Shown in pieces: positions 24,990-33,225 of a stretch of DNA of 64,000 nucleotides. The DNA lies in NCBI GenBank assembly GCA_020848905.1, contig JADLHG010000020.1, positions 8,230-72,229 of the forward strand, read 5' to 3'. The stretch is from Deltaproteobacteria bacterium. GTDB lineage: Bacteria; Myxococcota_A; Polyangia; GCA-2747355; JADLHG01. A model generated the notes under the pieces. It was not told where the DNA came from, ran no database searches, and was given only the letters and a program-made list of their open reading frames with translations. A program made the position numbers and the translations under genes. Each line of letters begins with the position of its first letter. Within the stretch, counting starts at the first letter, position 1.

Positions 24990-26915
24990 CTAGAAGGTAC
25001 CGGTTACCCCCACCATCCCGCCCCCCGGTGCGGGGCCGAAGGCCAGGTTCAGGTTGAGGTCCGGGTCCTCGCGGTAGAGACGCAGCATGCGTTCCATGGG
25101 GGTCTCCATGTAGCGCAGCGAGACGCCGAGGCCGAAGAGGAGCGCGCTCATGGCTCCGCCCATGACGTAGATCGCGGCGGGGAGGTTGGTGCTCGACAAG
25201 CGGGCGTCCACGATGCCGATCGCCACGGTGGCACCGAGGAGCAGGCCCCCCTCGACGAAGGCCAGCGCGGAGACGAGGCGCCGGCGGCGGGCCTCGCGTT
25301 CGGCGAGCTCGAGGAGGTGCGCTTCGGTGCGGGCCACGACGGACTCGAAGCTCGCCCCGGGGCGTCGGAGCTCGTCTTCGAAGGCGGCGTAGGCCTTCTC
25401 CCCCTCCGAGCGCGCGAAGAGCCGCAGGAGGCCGGTGGCCGCGAGGGCGCCGCCCCCGCCGAGGAGCACGATCGCGGAGATCTTGGTCGTCTGGTCGAGC
25501 TCGCCGCTCTTCATGCCGAGGATCACGCCCCCCGAGGCGGCCACGACCAGGCCCCCGAGGGCGCTCGTGCCGGCGAGGGTCAGCCGGTCGGCGCGGTCGG
25601 CGCGGGCGAGCGCCGCCAGGTAGTGCCGCATGCGCACCTCGTCGCGCCAGGAGATGCCGAAGACCTCTTCGGCCGCCGGGTGCCGTCGTTCGCGCGCGTA
25701 GGCTTCGGGGCCGAAGGGCTCGGCGAAGAACTCCTCGTAGAGCGCGTCGTCCCCGCGGGCGAGGAGTGGCGTCGGGCGCGGGGTGAGCATCACCGAGGCG
25801 GTCGAGGTGGGCAGGCGGATCTCGCGCAGCGTGGGGCGCCCCCCTTTGCCGCGGGCCGCGACGAGCTCTTGCACGATGGCGCCCTCGGTCACGGGCATGG
25901 GCAAGACCAGCGTCAGCTCGCGCCCCCGCTCCTTGTGGACGTCGAGGAGGCGCGTCCCCTGGAGGTCCCGCACCCAGACCCGCTGCGCCGGCGGGCCGAG
26001 CACGAGCTTGCGCCCCACCGCGCGGTCCACGGCGAACAGCGAGGCGCCTCCGTTCTGGTAGGGCCCGCGTGCGAAGACCTTGGGGCGGAAGTGCTCGTTC
26101 TTGATGCGGCGATTCGCTATCGCCACGAAGGCCGCGAGCTCGTCGTACGAGACGCGCCCGTCGCCGTTCGCGTCCGCGGCGCCGGAGAGGCCCGAGCGCA
26201 CCTCGTGGCTGAAGATCCCCGACTGCAGCTCCGACCATTCGTAGACCTCGCCGGCCGCGCTCGTGGAGAGGAAGACCCCGACCTGCGGAAAGCGCTCCAC
26301 GAAGCCGAGCTTCAGGTCCTTCGGGGTGGCCCAGCGGCGGCCGCCGGCCTTGCGCGGGCTGATCACGAAGAAGGAGTTGCAGCTGTCGAGGATCAGGTGC
26401 GCGCGGTGGGCGGGGACCTTTCCCAGCACCTCCCGCTCCAGCTCCTCGGGCCCGAGCCGGCCGTCCTCGAGCTCGAGGTAGCCCTTGCCGCGGTCCACTT
26501 GCCCGTGGCCGGCGAAGACGAAGTAGAAGACCGTGTGCAGTCCCTTTGCACGGGCCGCGCGCACCGCGTCGGCGAGCTCGCGCACGGCCTGACGCAGCTC
26601 GGCGCGCCGAGGGGCCCGCGCGGTGGCCCCGAGCCCCGGATAGAGCGCGGCCGTGGGACGATCGAAGCGCGTGAGCAGGCGCAGGTGCCCGGGTTCGGTG
26701 ATGGTGCGGAAGACCTGCACGTAGCGCGCCCCGTCGTCGTCGGCGTACTGCAGGTTCGGTCGGTGCGGCAGGAGGCTCCGGTTGTTCGTCACCACGAGCG
26801 TGAAGCCGACCTCGGAGGCGGCTTCGACGGGCGACACACTGGCGAGGAGCAGGGCGGCCAGACCCGCCAGCACACCGAACGGTCTGGAACCCGTCGCGAG
26901 CCGACGCCTCCTCAT
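24990..26915 (-). CDS. exported caspase-family (peptidase C14-like) protein with Ca-binding-type loop and four C-terminal TM helices
   Basis: ATG at 26915 in ORF 24990..27422. Signal MRRRRLATGSRPFGVLAGLAALLLASVSPVEA|AS. Catalytic contexts YFVFAGHGQ (His137) and HLILDSCNS (Cys179). ADANGDGRVSYDELAAFV loop. Four hydrophobic helices near the C-terminus (for example LGGLVVAASGGVILGM and AIVLLGGGGALAATGLLRLF). The start overlaps the anti-sigma stop (ATGA). Confidence 0.75.
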   Translation of the reverse strand: MRRRRLATGSRPFGVLAGLAALLLASVSPVEAASEVGFTLVVTNNRSLLPHRPNLQYADDDGARYVQVFRTITEPGHLRLLTRFDRPTAALYPGLGATARAPRRAELRQAVRELADAVRAARAKGLHTVFYFVFAGHGQVDRGKGYLELEDGRLGPEELEREVLGKVPAHRAHLILDSCNSFFVISPRKAGGRRWATPKDLKLGFVERFPQVGVFLSTSAAGEVYEWSELQSGIFSHEVRSGLSGAADANGDGRVSYDELAAFVAIANRRIKNEHFRPKVFARGPYQNGGASLFAVDRAVGRKLVLGPPAQRVWVRDLQGTRLLDVHKERGRELTLVLPMPVTEGAIVQELVAARGKGGRPTLREIRLPTSTASVMLTPRPTPLLARGDDALYEEFFAEPFGPEAYARERRHPAAEEVFGISWRDEVRMRHYLAALARADRADRLTLAGTSALGGLVVAASGGVILGMKSGELDQTTKISAIVLLGGGGALAATGLLRLFARSEGEKAYAAFEDELRRPGASFESVVARTEAHLLELAEREARRRRLVSALAFVEGGLLLGATVAIGIVDARLSSTNLPAAIYVMGGAMSALLFGLGVSLRYMETPMERMLRLYREDPDLNLNLAFGPAPGGGMVGVTGTF

Positions 26916-27745
26916 CGCGCACCTCGCAGCGTCAGGGACCACTCCTGCACGTGCGCCTCGGGAAAGAGCCGCGCGAGCGAGGGGGCCTTCCCGGCGTCGC
27001 GCAGGAGCGCCTCCACCTGCTTCACCGAGCGGCGCTGCCGCGAGACGACCGAGACGGCGCGCAGGAGGCCGGGCTTCGCGTCGGGGGCGAAGACCTCGTG
27101 GAGCATCACGCGGCGCCCCCGCGGCAGGTCGAGCGCGAGCGGAGCCTTCGCCGGGTCGTCCCAGCGGGGGGCCGCCCAGTGCACCTCTCCCCCGGCCTCG
27201 ACGACGAAGACCAGCAGATAGAGCGGCGTGGGGGTGAGCCGGCTCACCTCGACCGCGAGACCCTCGTCGGCCGCGAGCAGATCGTGCGCGTTCAGGCGCC
27301 GGGGAGCGCCGTGCCGCTTTGCCGCGTAGAGCTCGACCCCCGTCAGCTCCTTCAGGCTCTCGGCCGTCGGACCGCCGCCGCGGGCCTGAAAGGTCTCCGC
27401 GCGACCGCCGGTGTGGCGCCACAGATAGACGCAGAGCGGAACGGTCACCGCGAGCACCGTGGCCGCGAGCGCGTAGGGGAGCCAGGAGGCGCGCGACGTC
27501 GCGGTGGGCGAGGGGTCGAGCCGGGCCATCGTGCGCGCCACGAAGGCCGCGGTGTCGGGCGAGGCGTCAGACGACACGCCTGGGGCCGGCGAGGCGATGG
27601 CCGCGAGCGTGACCTCGAGCCGAGAGGCGCGCGACCGGCACTCGCCGCATTCACCGAGGTGCGCCTCGAGGGCGCGAGCGCGCGCCACGGCCACCTGCTC
27701 CTCGCGCAGCGCAAGCAACTCGTCGTCGCTGGGGCAGCTCGTCAT
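26912..27745 (-). CDS. anti-sigma factor (zf-HC2 type), single-pass membrane protein
   Basis: ATG at 27745 in ORF 26912..28852. The N-terminus MTSCPSDDELLALREEQ...HLGECGECRSR has the H-x3-C-x2-C zinc motif. TM segment WLPYALAATVLAVTVPLCVYLW. Extracytoplasmic domain of ~170 aa. The start overlaps the sigma-factor stop (ATGA). Confidence 0.7.
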   Translation of the reverse strand: MTSCPSDDELLALREEQVAVARARALEAHLGECGECRSRASRLEVTLAAIASPAPGVSSDASPDTAAFVARTMARLDPSPTATSRASWLPYALAATVLAVTVPLCVYLWRHTGGRAETFQARGGGPTAESLKELTGVELYAAKRHGAPRRLNAHDLLAADEGLAVEVSRLTPTPLYLLVFVVEAGGEVHWAAPRWDDPAKAPLALDLPRGRRVMLHEVFAPDAKPGLLRAVSVVSRQRRSVKQVEALLRDAGKAPSLARLFPEAHVQEWSLTLRGAR

Positions 27746-28338
27746 GCGGAAACCTCCAGTCGGGCGCGTAGCGCGCGCAGACCCAAAAAGACGCGGGAGC
27801 GCACGGTGGCCTCGGGCGCGTCGACGATCGCTCCCACCTCGGCGTACGAGAGCCCTTCGCCGAAGCGCAGCAGCACGGCCTCGCGTAGCTTGGGGGAGAG
27901 ACCCCGGAGCTCGCGGTGCACACGTTCCGTGCGTTCGCGCCGGAGGAGCGCGTCGAGCTGCTCGGCGCGGTGCGACGGCTCGTTTGCCGCCGGGGCGTCC
28001 TGGAGCACGCGCTCGCGGCGAAAGAACCCGCGACGCGCGTTGCGGCAGACGTTGCGCACGATGGTGAAGAGGTACACGGCAAACTGCCCGTCCGGCCGAT
28101 AGCGCGCCCGGGCCTGCCAGAGCCGCAGAAACGCCTCCTGGGCCAGGTCCTCGCTGCGCGCGCCGTCCCACTTGGCGCAGAAGCTCCGCACCCGTCGCTC
28201 GTGTCGCGCGACGAGCGCGGCGAAGGCCTCGCGCAACCCGGCCGCCGCGAGCTCCATCAGCTCGTCGTCGGAGCGTGCCGCGAGCCCGCCCGGTTCGGGG
28301 CGCGGAAACGGCAGCACCTTGGGCTCGAAGCCGGGCAT
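27742..28338 (-). CDS. ECF (sigma-70 family, group 4) RNA polymerase sigma factor
   Basis: ORF 27742..28338. Region 2 (DLAQEAFLRLWQARARYRPDGQFAVYLFTIVRNVCRN) and region 4 (LSPKLREAVLLRFGEGLSYAEVGAIVDAPEATVRSRVFLGLRALR) are both recognisable. Confidence 0.9.
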   Translation of the reverse strand: MPGFEPKVLPFPRPEPGGLAARSDDELMELAAAGLREAFAALVARHERRVRSFCAKWDGARSEDLAQEAFLRLWQARARYRPDGQFAVYLFTIVRNVCRNARRGFFRRERVLQDAPAANEPSHRAEQLDALLRRERTERVHRELRGLSPKLREAVLLRFGEGLSYAEVGAIVDAPEATVRSRVFLGLRALRARLEVSA

Positions 28339-28361
28339 CTAGGTACCAGAACCCCCCTAGG

Positions 28362-28392
28362 CCGGTTTCGTTTAGCAGGGGCGGCGTTCTTT
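28362..28392 (-). promoter_or_regulatory. weak ECF-type promoter candidate upstream of the sigma gene
   Basis: The minus strand reads AAGAAC-N15-CGAAAC about 27 nt upstream of the ATG at 28338, loosely like the ECF GGAAC...CGT pattern. It is flanked by two CCTAGG palindromes (28356-28361 and 28394-28399). Pattern match only. Confidence 0.2.
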
Positions 28393-28611
28393 TCCTAGGC
28401 AGGCCGCCCCGCCGGGTGTCTCGCCGCCGCCCCGTAGCCCGCACGACCCCCCGGCGCCCCTCGCCCGTCCTGGCCAGCGGCCCAGCCAGCTCCCGCCCTG
28501 CGGGTCCTCCCACGAGCCCCGCGAACTGCCTATCCTTTTCACGCCCGCCGGCCGTCGTCGGTTGGTCCAGATGTTGCTGTCTCTTGTTTGCACAGGACGC
28601 TGGCCCCACCC

Positions 28612-30285
28612 ATGCCCCGACGGTACAGACTGTTCGTACGTCTCTCCGTGGCCCTCGCGCTGCTTCTGGCGGCCGCGGTGGGTCTCGAGCGACCCAGCGC
28701 CGCCGCGGGGCCAGGCGCGCTCGCGCGACGGTTCTTCGCGGGGCTCGCCAAAGGGCGGGTGAAAGGCTCGCGCGAGCCCGGCCTCGTGCTCGCGGCCAGC
28801 CCCAGCCAGCCGGTCGTGACGTCGCTCTTCGCCGTCGCGCGCAAGGTCGCACGTGGCGGGGCGCTCCATCCGGTCGGGATCGAGCCTTTCTCGAACGACG
28901 AGCTCAGCCTGCGCGTCCCGGCCGCTGTCCAGGGACGATCGATCGTGGTGGCGCAGCCCGCGGAGGCGCGCGAGCCCTCGACGGCGCTCTTCCGCACCCT
29001 GCTCGCGGTGGCGGCGAGCCAGAGCAACCTCGCCTCCTCGGTCCACGTGGTCCTCGATCGCGGCCTCGCGAAGCGCTTCGACCCGGCCTTCGTGGCCACG
29101 CTCTTCTCCGCGCTACACGCGGACTCGCTGCGCTACGCCGATGCGCACGGCGGCCCGCTCGAGCGACTTCTGCGCCCGCTCCGCGGTTCCGCCCTGGCCC
29201 AACGCTTGGGCGTCGACGGACCCCTCGTTCCTCGGCCGGTGCACCTGCCCCGCGAGGGACGCCGTTCCAAGCGCTCGGGCAGCGCCGCTCCGCCGCTGCT
29301 CTGGAGCGGTCACGGCTACCCCGAGCTGGCGCGGGGCGTGGGCGAGGCGATGGGGCTCGCGCCGCGCTTTCTGCCGACGGAGAAGGCCTTCCAGGGCCGC
29401 CAGATCCTCCCCGAGGACCCGGCCGGCCGACGCGTCTATCTCCTGCAGACCAAGCGCCTCGGCGATCCCGAGGCCCTGCACCGGGACCTCTTCGAGGTGC
29501 TCTACGCCGCCTGGCAGGCCAAGCAGCGCGGGGCCGCCGAGGTCACTCTCGTCATGCCCTATCTGCCCTACTCGCGCTCCGATCGCATGGATACCGCCGG
29601 CACCACCGTGGGCGCCGCGGTGCTACCGCAGCTCGCGCGCGCCGTCGGCGTGGACCGCGTGGCCTTCTACTCGGTGCATCAACCCCAAGAGGTCGGCTTC
29701 TTCCTCGGGCAGAAGATCCAGGTGCTGCACGCCTCGGGGGAGGCGGTCCTCGCCCCGGCGGTGGCGCGCCATCTGAAGGCCAAGCTCACGCCGAAGGAGC
29801 TCGCCAAGCACGTACGGGTGCTCGCGCCGGATCCGGGGGCACGCAAGCGCGCGCTGGTCTTCGCGCGCCTGCTCGCCGCCGAGCTCGGCCTGCCGGAGGT
29901 CAAGGTCGTCGTGGCCGAGAAGGAGCGGCACGGCCGCGACGTGAAGACCCGCTTCACCGCGAACGTGCGCAAGGCGGTGCTCGTAGCTATCGACGACGAG
30001 ACGGCGAGCGGCAAGACCCTCGCGCAGCTCGTCGAGCCGGCGCTCGCGAAGGGTGCGACCTCGATGCTCGCCGCGGTGAGCCACCTCACGGGGCCGGCCT
30101 ACCGCCTGCTCGACAGCTCGCGGCTCGAGCGGCTCTTCGCCCTCGACACCGTGCCGCAGCCGCGCGAGCACCACGACAACGCCAAGATCGAGATCGTGAG
30201 CGTGGCCCAGGCCGTGGGCCGGCTGCTCACCACCCTGGATGGGAGAGGGGACCTCTCGAAACAGCTCTTCTGGGAGCACGAATAA
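28612..30285 (+). CDS. ribose-phosphate pyrophosphokinase (PRPP synthetase)-like protein with signal peptide and an extra degenerate N-domain
   Basis: ATG at 28612 in ORF 28588..30285. Signal MPRRYRLFVRLSVALALLLAAAVGLERPSAAA|G. The C-terminal ~310 aa are Prs-like (VTLVMPYLPYSRSDR, VLAPDPGARKRA, LVAIDDETASGKTL). They are preceded by a degenerate copy of the Prs N-domain (VGIEPFSNDELSLRVPAAVQGRSIVVAQP...LFRTLLAVAASQS). Confidence 0.7.
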   Translation: MPRRYRLFVRLSVALALLLAAAVGLERPSAAAGPGALARRFFAGLAKGRVKGSREPGLVLAASPSQPVVTSLFAVARKVARGGALHPVGIEPFSNDELSLRVPAAVQGRSIVVAQPAEAREPSTALFRTLLAVAASQSNLASSVHVVLDRGLAKRFDPAFVATLFSALHADSLRYADAHGGPLERLLRPLRGSALAQRLGVDGPLVPRPVHLPREGRRSKRSGSAAPPLLWSGHGYPELARGVGEAMGLAPRFLPTEKAFQGRQILPEDPAGRRVYLLQTKRLGDPEALHRDLFEVLYAAWQAKQRGAAEVTLVMPYLPYSRSDRMDTAGTTVGAAVLPQLARAVGVDRVAFYSVHQPQEVGFFLGQKIQVLHASGEAVLAPAVARHLKAKLTPKELAKHVRVLAPDPGARKRALVFARLLAAELGLPEVKVVVAEKERHGRDVKTRFTANVRKAVLVAIDDETASGKTLAQLVEPALAKGATSMLAAVSHLTGPAYRLLDSSRLERLFALDTVPQPREHHDNAKIEIVSVAQAVGRLLTTLDGRGDLSKQLFWEHE

Positions 30286-30311
30286 GGACGGGATCGAGGG
30301 AAAGGGAAAGG

Positions 30312-31349
30312 ATGAGGGAGATGAGACGCACGCGCTGCACCACTTCGATCGTCGCCGGGTTGCTCGCCGCGACGCTCTTCGCCGCACTGCCCGCCGGCGC
30401 GACCAAGCGCACGGGCAAGCAACCCACCGACCGTATCCTTCTGCCGCGCGTGAGCTCGGAGCGGGCGGTGCGCGAGATCGGCCAGGCGATCGTGCGCAAG
30501 GTCCTCGCCATGGGCAAATCGGGGGTGGTCCTCGGGCTCTCGGGTGGCTCGGACTCCACCGTGGTCGCCGGCATCACCAAGCGCGCCTTCGACGCCTACA
30601 ACCGGCAGAACCCGGACAAGCCGCAGCTCGAGGTGGTGGGGATGATCCTCCCCTCGAAGACCAATACGGCGCAGGACACCGCGGACGGCGTCCTCGTGGC
30701 CAAGACGCTGGGCATCCGCTACGAGGTGGCGAGCATCGAGCCGCTCGTGCGCGCCTTCAAGAAGGTCAACCGCGCGGCCATGAAGAACTCCTTCACCAAG
30801 GGGAACACCATGTCCGAGCTTCGCGCCGTGGTGCTGCACACCAAGGCGGCCTCGGACACCGACGCGCAGGGACGTAACAAGTTCGTGATCGGGACCGGCA
30901 ACCGCGACGAGGACGTGGAGACGGGCTTCTACACCCTCTTCGGGGACGGGGCCGTGCACTTCAGCCCGATCGGCAACCTCTCCAAGCGGCACGTCTTCCA
31001 GCTCGCGCGGTGGTTCGGCTTCATGGACATCGCGCGCAAGGAGCCCTGGGCGGGCCTCGAGGCGGGGCAGACGGCCTTCAAGGCGCTCGGCTATCACTAC
31101 GCCCTCGCCGAGCTCGTGAACCGCGGCGTAGAGCAGGGCTTCACCGCCGAGGTCCTTGCGCGGCAGCCCCAGGTGCTGCGCCGGGCGGGCAAGGACCTGG
31201 GCGACTACCAGAGGCTCTTTGGCGCGCCGAAGTACGCGACGGTTCGCGAGCTCGTGGACGCCATCATCTGGCGCAAGGAGCATATCGCCAAGCCCAAGGG
31301 CGAGCTCGTTCGCCCCGAGGTGGCCGGCGTCACCCTGACCTATAGGTAG
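30312..31349 (+). CDS. nadE: NH3-dependent NAD+ synthetase with N-terminal signal peptide
   Basis: ATG at 30312 (or 30321) in the frame of ORF 28275..31349. MREMRRTRCTTSIVAGLLAATLFAALPAGA|T. PP-loop VVLGLSGGSDS. FVIGTGNRDEDVETGFYTLFGDGAVHFSPIGNLSKRHV is NadE-like. Confidence 0.8.
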   Translation: MREMRRTRCTTSIVAGLLAATLFAALPAGATKRTGKQPTDRILLPRVSSERAVREIGQAIVRKVLAMGKSGVVLGLSGGSDSTVVAGITKRAFDAYNRQNPDKPQLEVVGMILPSKTNTAQDTADGVLVAKTLGIRYEVASIEPLVRAFKKVNRAAMKNSFTKGNTMSELRAVVLHTKAASDTDAQGRNKFVIGTGNRDEDVETGFYTLFGDGAVHFSPIGNLSKRHVFQLARWFGFMDIARKEPWAGLEAGQTAFKALGYHYALAELVNRGVEQGFTAEVLARQPQVLRRAGKDLGDYQRLFGAPKYATVRELVDAIIWRKEHIAKPKGELVRPEVAGVTLTYR

Positions 31350-31358
31350 GATCGGACC

Positions 31359-32231
31359 GTGCGGCTCAGGCGTCTCACCCTCCTCGTCGCGCTGCTCCTT
31401 TGCAGCGGCTCGCCCGCCTGGGCCAAGCTCCCGGCGGGGGCCGACGCGACGGTGCTCGTCGAGGGGGACCCGCGTACGCGCTTTCGGGTGGCGGGCCTCG
31501 ACCTCGCCTCCGGGCTGAAGCCCGGCACGCGCATCGCCCTGCTCGGGGCCTCCGTAGATCCCATCTCGCTCGCGCATCTGGTCCTCGCCGCGCTGCCGCT
31601 CGTCGATCCGGCGGTGCGCGCCCAGCTCGGCGTGGACCAGGTCTGGATCGTTCCCTCGCCGCCGCGACCGGACAAGGCCCAGCGCGTGCCGAACGGCCGG
31701 CGCTTCGCCTGGACGCGGCTCGCCGCGCGCTACCTGCGCAAGAAAGGCCTTCCGGTCTACGCCACCGACGTGGAGCTGAGGCTCGCGAAAGGCGGCTTTC
31801 GTGGCACCTATCAGCTCCTGAAGGCCCTCGAGCGGCGCTTCCCCGGGGTCGAGCTGAGCGTGATCGTGGGCGAGGACGTCTGGAACGACCTGCCCACGAG
31901 CAAGTGGCGCAACGGCCTCGGTGTGGTGCGCGAGCATTCGCTCTTCGTGGCCCTGCGGGGCGATCACGCGGACCCGAAGAAGGCCAAGGCGCGCGTGGTG
32001 AAGGAGGCGCTCGAGCGGCAGGCCCGGCAGGTGATCCTGCTCCCCGACGCCCAGGAACCGGGTCTGCGCGAGCGACTGACCCGGCTCCTGCCGCGGGGCT
32101 TCGACCTCAAGCTGCTGCCGACCCTCAGCAGCACTGCCCTGCGTGAGGCCTTCGCCCGTGGGGAGCGCTCGCCCGTCGGCGTGCTCCCCGCCGTGGCGAG
32201 AGCCATCCTGCGCGCTGGCTCCTACCGCTAG
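31359..32231 (+). CDS. nadD: nicotinate-nucleotide adenylyltransferase-like protein with N-terminal signal peptide
   Basis: ORF 31359..32231 with a GTG start 9 nt after the nadE stop. MRLRRLTLLVALLLCSGSPAWA|K. IALLGASVDPISLAHL corresponds to GGSFDPxHxGH, with the first His replaced. LSSTALRE corresponds to the ISSTxIR motif. Confidence 0.65.
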   Translation: MRLRRLTLLVALLLCSGSPAWAKLPAGADATVLVEGDPRTRFRVAGLDLASGLKPGTRIALLGASVDPISLAHLVLAALPLVDPAVRAQLGVDQVWIVPSPPRPDKAQRVPNGRRFAWTRLAARYLRKKGLPVYATDVELRLAKGGFRGTYQLLKALERRFPGVELSVIVGEDVWNDLPTSKWRNGLGVVREHSLFVALRGDHADPKKAKARVVKEALERQARQVILLPDAQEPGLRERLTRLLPRGFDLKLLPTLSSTALREAFARGERSPVGVLPAVARAILRAGSYR

Positions 32232-32364
32232 TCTGGCCAGGGCGAGGGCCGCCCGGCACCGGCCCATCTGCTGGAAATCCATGGGCCCGAGGCCGCGCCG
32301 GAGCGGCACGGATCCTGCTGTCTATCGTGGGCAGCATCCGAACCGTGTCCTCGGGAGAAGGCCC

Positions 32365-33225
32365 ATGAAGGCTGCTCTGACCTCTGCATCGCTCTGGCTG
32401 GCCGCGCTCGCCGCGCTGCTGCCGTCGCCCGCCGTCGCGGCGCGCGAGCCGAAGCAGGGCTCGAACCGGGGCAAGCAGAGCTCGGTGGTCTCCATGCTCG
32501 GCGGCCGCTGTCCGACGAAGAACGGCGTCGTCGCGCTGCGCGAGCCGAAGCGCCACGGGAAGCGCGCGCTCCTCATCGTCGATCCCCAGAATGCCTTCAT
32601 GCCCGGGGGCGCCCTCGCCGTGAAGCACGGGGACCGCATCGTCCCGGTGGCGAACCGCCTGATGGGGCTCTTCGACCTGGTGGTGGTCTCGCTCGACTGG
32701 CACCCGGCGAACCACGGCAGCTTCGTCACCCAGCACCCCGGCAAGCAGGTCTTCGACGTGATCGATCTGCACGGCATCCAGCAGGTCCTCTGGCCCAAGC
32801 ACGCCCCGCGCGGTCGCAAAGGGTCGGACATCCACCCCGGGCTCGACCGGAAGCGCATCACGCACCTCGTGCTCAAGGGCAACGACAAGCGCGTGGACAG
32901 CTACAGCGCCTTCTACGACAACGGCCGGCGGAGCTCGACCGGGCTCGCCGCGTACCTGCGCTCGAAGGGGATCGAGGAGCTCTACGTGATGGGGCTCGCC
33001 ACCGACTACTGCGTGAAGTTCACCGTGCTCGACGCGGTGAAGGAAGGGTTCACCACGCACGTGATCAAGGCCGGCTGCCGCGGTGTGAATGCGCGGCGGG
33101 GCGACAGTGGGCGCGCGGTGAAGGCCATGAAGAAGGCCGGCGCGAAGATCCTCGGTGATGCGGCGCTCGAGGCCCTCCTCGGCGGCGCTCCGCAGGCCGC
33201 CCGAGGGAAGCGAGGTCAGCCGTGA
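32365..33225 (+). CDS. pncA: nicotinamidase (isochorismatase family) with N-terminal signal peptide and linker
   Basis: ATG at 32365 in ORF 32143..33225. MKAALTSASLWLAALAALLPSPAVAA|R. Catalytic and metal motifs ALLIVDPQNAF, SLDWHPANHGSF and MGLATDYCVKFT. Confidence 0.8.
   Translation: MKAALTSASLWLAALAALLPSPAVAAREPKQGSNRGKQSSVVSMLGGRCPTKNGVVALREPKRHGKRALLIVDPQNAFMPGGALAVKHGDRIVPVANRLMGLFDLVVVSLDWHPANHGSFVTQHPGKQVFDVIDLHGIQQVLWPKHAPRGRKGSDIHPGLDRKRITHLVLKGNDKRVDSYSAFYDNGRRSSTGLAAYLRSKGIEELYVMGLATDYCVKFTVLDAVKEGFTTHVIKAGCRGVNARRGDSGRAVKAMKKAGAKILGDAALEALLGGAPQAARGKRGQP

Noticed and set aside
26136-26174. The ADANGDGRVSYDEL loop in the caspase-like protein considered as an independent EF-hand calcium-sensor domain
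   Set aside because: A single D-x-[DN]-x-D-G loop in this position is, as far as I recall, a common feature at the end of bacterial C14 domains. It is noted as part of the protease, not as a separate sensor domain.
24403-27221. Very long overlapping ORFs (24403..26922 minus, 839 aa; 24432..27221 plus, 929 aa) covering the caspase-like gene
   Set aside because: Their translations are Arg/Pro/Gly/Ala-rich low complexity with no family motifs. These are typical stop-poor shadow frames in ~70% GC DNA. The alternative frame (24990..26915) has a signal peptide and clear C14 motifs.
28588-28611. TTG at 28588 as the start of the prs-like gene
   Set aside because: The ATG at 28612 gives a better signal-peptide n-region (MPRRYR). 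The TTG form cannot be excluded, but it changes nothing functionally.
28612-30285. The Prs-like gene considered as a phage-type NARP1 ADP-ribose pyrophosphokinase (anti-defence)
   Set aside because: No partner Namat-type gene or phage genes are nearby. The neighbours form the classical Preiss-Handler route that needs PRPP. Substrate specificity still cannot be decided from sequence alone.
28275-30311. The first ~680 codons of the 1024-aa ORF 28275..31349 read as a giant NadE fusion protein
   Set aside because: That part is Arg/Pro-rich shadow overlapping the prs-like gene in another frame. The recognisable NadE sequence with its own SD-like purine tract starts at 30312.
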